A DNA stretch of 64,000 nt. Source: Gemmatimonadales bacterium. Lineage in GTDB: Bacteria; Gemmatimonadota; Gemmatimonadetes; Gemmatimonadales; GWC2-71-9. Shown in pieces: positions 59,614 through 64,000 of this stretch. The notes under the pieces were generated by a model that was not told the DNA's origin, searched no databases, and worked only from the letters and a program-made list of their open reading frames with translations. The stretch covers positions 1 to 64,000 of the forward strand of contig JBFJHJ010000011.1 in NCBI GenBank assembly GCA_041613315.1. The letters run 5' to 3'. The stretch's first letter is position 1, and every line of letters starts with the position of its first letter. A program made the position numbers and the translations under genes.

Positions 59614-61215
59614 TCAGGTCCGCGCCGTGTTGATCACGGTGACGTTCTGGAAGCGCGCCGGCGGGCACCCGTGGCTCACGGCGTTCGCCTGCGCGGGCTG
59701 CCCCTTGGCGTCGAAGAAGGTGCCCCCCAGCTCGTAGCTCCCCGCGCCGCCCAGCATATCCATGGCGTTCCAGAATTCGGGCGTACGCCCCTGATACGCC
59801 ACGTCTTTGAGCATGCCGGTGATCTTGCCGGCCCGCACCTCGTAGAACACCTGACCACCGAACTGGAAGTTGTAGCGCTGCTGGTCGATGCTGTACGAGC
59901 CATTGCCCCGGATGAGGATGCCGCGGTCCGTGGCGGCGACCAGATCGTCCAGCGCGTGGTCCTCCTCGCCCGGGAGCAGCGAGACATTGGGCATCCGCTG
60001 GAACTGCACGTCGTCCCACGACGCGGCAAAGGAGCACCCGTGTGACCGGGTCACCCCCGTGAGGCGGGCAATCCAGCCTGCCTGCTCGCGCGTGGTCTGG
60101 TAATCCACGAAGATCCCGTCCTTGATGATCGGCCAACTGTCGGCCGGCACGCCCTCGTCGTCCCACCCCACCGTGGCGAGCGCGCCCCGTTGTGTGCGGT
60201 CGCCCTGCACGTTCATGAACTCGGGACCGTACTGGAACGTTCCGATCACGGCCTCGGGCGGTGCGAGGAACGACGTGCCCGCGTAGTTGGCTTCGTAGCC
60301 CAGCGCCCGGTCGAGCTCGGTCGGGTGGCCGATGGACTCGTGAATCGTGAGGTAGAGGTGGCTGGGATCCAGGATCAGCGTGTACCGCCCGGGTTCCACC
60401 GGCCGGGCCGAGAGCTTCTCCACCGCCTGCTCGGCCCACTCGGGCGCGCGGCCGACCAGATCCGCGCGCTCGACATGCTCATACCCCAGCCCCATGGGCG
60501 CGACCTCCGCAGCGGCGCGCGACTGGAAGTCCGAGAAGTCCGACGCCACGGCGGTGACGCTGAGCTGCGGACGGGTGCGGTACAGCGTCTGCACGATCAC
60601 GGATCCCACGCTCGACGCGAAGGTCGTTTCCGACCGGACGAACGCGAGCGACGAGCGCGCGAAACGCGCACCCCGCACCGTGAGCGCCGCCGCGTTCGCT
60701 TCCAGGAGCAGCGCCACCTTGTCCGCGACCGGCACGTCGAACGGGTCCCGCACGATCGGGCTACGCCACGCGGCGTTGGGGAACGGATCGACGGGGGCGA
60801 GCGTGACCGGTGTCCGAAAGGCGCGGCGGTTCGCCTTCGCCTGCGCCACGGCGGCGCCGGCGAGCCGCACGCTCTCGTCCCACGTCACGCGGCGGCTGGC
60901 GGCGAACCCCCACGCCCCCTCGACCAGCACGCGCACGCCCATACCGAACGTGCTCCGATCGTCGAGGTCGGTGACCCGCGCTTCGCGAGTCGCGATCGAC
61001 TGGAGGCGGAGGTCGGTGACGCGCGCGTCGGCGTACGATGCGCCCGCGCTCCTGGCGGCGTCCAGCGCCACCATGCAGAGCTCTTTGATGGCCGGGTCAC
61101 CCTGCGACGGCAGTGGGACTGGCCGAACGGCGGACGCCGCGCGCGGCGCTGACACCGCCAGCGCGGCAGCGGCGAGCGATGTCTGCGTCAGGAAGTCGCG
61201 GCGCGTAACCGACAT
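59614..61215 (-). CDS. TldD-family metalloprotease with Tat signal peptide
   Basis: MSVTRRDFL; HESIGH; WDDEG; QRMPN; SHGCP; GGAG SD. Confidence 0.9.
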   Translation of the reverse strand: MSVTRRDFLTQTSLAAAALAVSAPRAASAVRPVPLPSQGDPAIKELCMVALDAARSAGASYADARVTDLRLQSIATREARVTDLDDRSTFGMGVRVLVEGAWGFAASRRVTWDESVRLAGAAVAQAKANRRAFRTPVTLAPVDPFPNAAWRSPIVRDPFDVPVADKVALLLEANAAALTVRGARFARSSLAFVRSETTFASSVGSVIVQTLYRTRPQLSVTAVASDFSDFQSRAAAEVAPMGLGYEHVERADLVGRAPEWAEQAVEKLSARPVEPGRYTLILDPSHLYLTIHESIGHPTELDRALGYEANYAGTSFLAPPEAVIGTFQYGPEFMNVQGDRTQRGALATVGWDDEGVPADSWPIIKDGIFVDYQTTREQAGWIARLTGVTRSHGCSFAASWDDVQFQRMPNVSLLPGEEDHALDDLVAATDRGILIRGNGSYSIDQQRYNFQFGGQVFYEVRAGKITGMLKDVAYQGRTPEFWNAMDMLGGAGSYELGGTFFDAKGQPAQANAVSHGCPPARFQNVTVINTART

Positions 61216-61512
61216 CACCAGCGCTCCGATCAGTAGAACGTTCGCGCCCGAATATGGGACATCGCGAAACAACACGCAATACGATCCGGTGGCGTAATGC
61301 GCGCGCGCGCAGCAACTTGCCGCCGTCCGGCCCGCGCTCCAAATTCGTCGCCGACCCTCGAAGCCGATCACGTCGCATCGCGACCGATACCAACGAGGAC
61401 CTCGTAACGTGCAACGCTCTGTCAGCTCTCTCGATCTCCGGCTCGAGCCGGTACGCGCCATCACGCGCTGCCAACTTCGCCGCGCGCGCGGACGGTGGCG
61501 GAGGACGCCAGC

Positions 61513-62304
61513 GTGGATTTGAAGATCGACGGTCGCGTCGCCCTGGTGTGCGGCTCCACGAGCGGCCTCGGTCGCGCGATCGCCACGAGCTTCGCGACCG
61601 AGGGATGCCGCGTCGCGGTCAATGGGCGGGACGACGAACGGCTGACTCAGGCCGTGGCGCACGTCGCCTCCCACGCGTCGGAGGCCGTCCAGGGCTTCCG
61701 AGCCGACGTGAGCGATCAGGGGCAGGCGGAGGACCTCGTGCAGCGCGTCGCCAAACGATTCGGCTCGGTCGACATCCTCGTGTGCAACGCCGGCGGCCCG
61801 CCGGCGGTGCACTTCGGTGACGCGGCGGCGGAGAGCTGGCAGGCCGCGCTCGATCTCAATCTGCTGTCCACGATCCACCTGTGCCGCGCCGCCGTCCCGG
61901 CGATGCGACGCCGCCAGTGGGGTCGCATCATCTGTCTCACGAGCATCGCCGCGAAGCAGCCGCTGTCGGACCTCATCCTGTCGTCCACGGCCCGCGCCGG
62001 TGTCCTCGCGTTCGCGAAGGCGCTGGCGCGGGACGTGGCGCCGCACGGGATCACGGTGAACTCGGTGTGCCCGGGGTACATGCACACGCAACGGGTGGAT
62101 GAGCTGATCGAGCGGCAGGTGACGCAGCTGGCGCGGTCGCGAGACGCGGTGGTCGGCGCGATCGTGGCGGAGATCCCGATGGGCCGCATGGGGGAGCCTG
62201 CCGAGCTCGCGCACGCGGTCGCGTTCCTGGCCTCGGATCGGGCCAGTTACATCACGGGCGCCGCCCTCCAGGTGGACGGCGGCTTCATTCGGAGCATCGT
62301 CTAA
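61513..62304 (+). CDS. Short-chain dehydrogenase/reductase
   Basis: GSTSGLG, CNAGGPP, SSTARAG, NSVCPG, YITG..LQVDGG; GGAGGA SD. Confidence 0.9.
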   Translation: MDLKIDGRVALVCGSTSGLGRAIATSFATEGCRVAVNGRDDERLTQAVAHVASHASEAVQGFRADVSDQGQAEDLVQRVAKRFGSVDILVCNAGGPPAVHFGDAAAESWQAALDLNLLSTIHLCRAAVPAMRRRQWGRIICLTSIAAKQPLSDLILSSTARAGVLAFAKALARDVAPHGITVNSVCPGYMHTQRVDELIERQVTQLARSRDAVVGAIVAEIPMGRMGEPAELAHAVAFLASDRASYITGAALQVDGGFIRSIV

Positions 62305-62319
62305 GGCGCCCTCGAGCCC

Positions 62320-63360
62320 ATGCGCGCCATCACGAAGCCCGCCGCGTCGCCCGGCCTGACCGTGACCGACGTGCCCATCCCCACCTGCGGGCCGCTCGAC
62401 GTCGTGATCCGGGTGCGCCACGCCGGCGTGTGCGGCACCGATCTGCACATCGCCGACTGGAACGAGTGGGCACGGAGCCGGATTCGCCCCCCCATCGTCG
62501 TCGGACACGAGTTCGCCGGCGAGATCGCGGCGGTGGGCGAGGACGTGGGCGCCGAATTCGCCGAGGGCCAACTCGTCACGGCCGAAGGTCACATCGTCTG
62601 TGGACACTGCCGGCAGTGCCGCACCGGCAACGCGCACATCTGCCAGCGTACGCAGATCATCGGCGTCGATCGCGACGGCGCCTTCGCCGAGTACATCGCC
62701 ATGCCCGCGATCAACGTGATGCCCCTGAACGGGATCCCCACCGCCGTCGGAGCGATCATGGACCCGCTCGGCAACGCGTTCCATACCGTGCTCACCGGCG
62801 AGGTCTCCGGCGCCGCGGTGCTCATCCTCGGGTGCGGCCCGATCGGGTGCTTTGCCGTGGGTATCGCGCGGGCCGCCGGCGCGAGCCGCGTCATCGCGTC
62901 CGACGTGAATCCGACACGGCTGCAGTTGGCCCAGCGGATGGGCGCTCACGTCCTGCTCAACCCCACGAGAGACGACGTGGTCGCCCGTGTCTTGGACGAG
63001 ACCGGCAACGAGGGCGCGGACCTCGTCTGCGAGATGTCGGGACACCCCGACGCGATCGCCCAGGCGTTCCGCGCCGCACGCCTCGGCGGACGCGTGAACC
63101 TCCTCGGGCTCCCCAAGGGCGCCGTGCCGCTGCAACTCGGGGCGGATGTGATCTTCAAGGGCCTCACCGTGTACGGCGTCATCGGCCGCAAGATGTACGA
63201 AACCTGGAATCAGATGCGCAGCTTTCTCGGCTCGGGCCTCCTCGACCCGACGCCCGTCGTCACCCACACGTTCCGGCTCGAGCAGATCGACGAAGCCCTG
63301 GAGACGATCCGCTCCGGCGAAGCCGGCAAGGTGATCCTCGAGATCGGGGGAGACGGATGA
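62320..63360 (+). CDS. tdh: L-threonine 3-dehydrogenase
   Basis: VCGTDLHI, GHEF, CGHCRQCRTG..HIC, PLGNAFHT, GRKMYETW; adjacent to kbl. Confidence 0.92.
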   Translation: MRAITKPAASPGLTVTDVPIPTCGPLDVVIRVRHAGVCGTDLHIADWNEWARSRIRPPIVVGHEFAGEIAAVGEDVGAEFAEGQLVTAEGHIVCGHCRQCRTGNAHICQRTQIIGVDRDGAFAEYIAMPAINVMPLNGIPTAVGAIMDPLGNAFHTVLTGEVSGAAVLILGCGPIGCFAVGIARAAGASRVIASDVNPTRLQLAQRMGAHVLLNPTRDDVVARVLDETGNEGADLVCEMSGHPDAIAQAFRAARLGGRVNLLGLPKGAVPLQLGADVIFKGLTVYGVIGRKMYETWNQMRSFLGSGLLDPTPVVTHTFRLEQIDEALETIRSGEAGKVILEIGGDG

Positions 63361-64000
63361 GGTCGTCCGTGGATCAGCGTCTCCAGCAGGAGCTAGACCA
63401 GTTCAAGCGGGACGGCGTCTACAAGCGCCTCAACTACCTCGACTCCCCGCAGGACGCCCGCGTCGAAATGGAAGGCCGGGGAGAGATCATCATCCTCTCG
63501 AGCAATAACTATCTCGGCCTGTCGGCGGCGGCACCCGTGGTGGCGGCCGGCAAGGCGGCGCTCGATCGCTTCGGGGCAGGCACGGCGAGCGTCCGCTTCA
63601 TTTGCGGGACGTTCACCATCCATCGGGCCCTGGAAGCGGCGCTCGCCGACTTCGTGGGCACCGACACCTCGCTCAGCTACGTCTCCTGCTGGAACGCCAA
63701 CGAAGGGCTGGTCGCGACTCTGCTCGGGCCGGACGACGTCGTCATCTCCGATGCGCTGAACCACGCGTCCATCATCGATGCGATCCGGCTCGCCAAGAGC
63801 ATCAGCAAGTGTCGCGCCGCGATCTACGACCATTCCGACATGGACGACCTCGCCGCGAAGCTCCGGGCGGCGCAGGGCGCCCGCACCCGCCTGATCTTCA
63901 CCGACGGGGTGTTCTCGATGGAGGGCGACGTGGCGCGGCTCCCTGAGATCCTGGAACTCGCCCATCGGCACGACGCGATCGTGGCCGTAGACGACTCCCA
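63357..64000 (+). CDS. kbl: 2-amino-3-ketobutyrate CoA ligase (3' truncated by window edge)
   Basis: ATGA overlap with tdh; SSNNYLGL, GTASVRFICGT, SDALNHASIID, TDGVFSMEG. Confidence 0.92.
   Translation, partial: MRSSVDQRLQQELDQFKRDGVYKRLNYLDSPQDARVEMEGRGEIIILSSNNYLGLSAAAPVVAAGKAALDRFGAGTASVRFICGTFTIHRALEAALADFVGTDTSLSYVSCWNANEGLVATLLGPDDVVISDALNHASIIDAIRLAKSISKCRAAIYDHSDMDDLAAKLRAAQGARTRLIFTDGVFSMEGDVARLPEILELAHRHDAIVAVDDS

Noticed and set aside
59614..63267. 1217-aa minus-strand ORF suggesting a giant TldD fusion
   Set aside because: The upstream ~680 codons are the stop-free antisense shadow of SDR and tdh; the real TldD starts at 61215 with an SD and Tat motif

Overview
A very GC-rich bacterial chromosomal window made mostly of core genes. 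Gene content suggests a diderm FCB-group organism, most likely Gemmatimonadota (inference from a short Bacteroidota-like RpoD, a C-terminally truncated ATP synthase epsilon, a PorV-like barrel and a kinase-TolB_N-TPR gene). In order it contains: thiO-lipA-pdhABC-lpdA-lipB; a minus-strand peptidase/PorV-like operon; dnaE-accA-ricT-metG; M23 peptidase, lipoprotein, dsbA, CPBP protease and waaA; a cluster of outer-membrane barrels; atpAGDC without the F0/delta genes; mlaEFD; a sigma-70; seven tRNAs; an accessory stretch (secreted JAB-like protein, Ser/Thr kinase, class V aminotransferase, OsmC, dehydratase, CsgG-like TPR lipoprotein plus barrel, stand-alone HisKA, site-2 protease); rho-ruvX-mltG-thiE-aroH-rlmI; sdpRI; a CDF transporter; tldDE; and SDR-tdh-kbl. 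I saw no CRISPR array, integrase, transposase or rRNA. Best leads: (1) an exported JAMM/JAB-fold protein behind a sigma54-like promoter between tRNA genes; (2) a RicT/YaaT with an extra CX3CX2C motif that might replace RicA/RicF iron-sulfur ligands; (3) an unannotated 39-aa protamine/H1-like protein downstream of a Tat-type TldDE; (4) a PorV-like barrel inside a three-peptidase operon; (5) a stand-alone HisKA module; (6) a Rex-like operator on atpA; (7) a Bacteroidota-type sigma with matching TAnnTT(TG) promoters. All calls come from reading motifs by eye; no database search was run.
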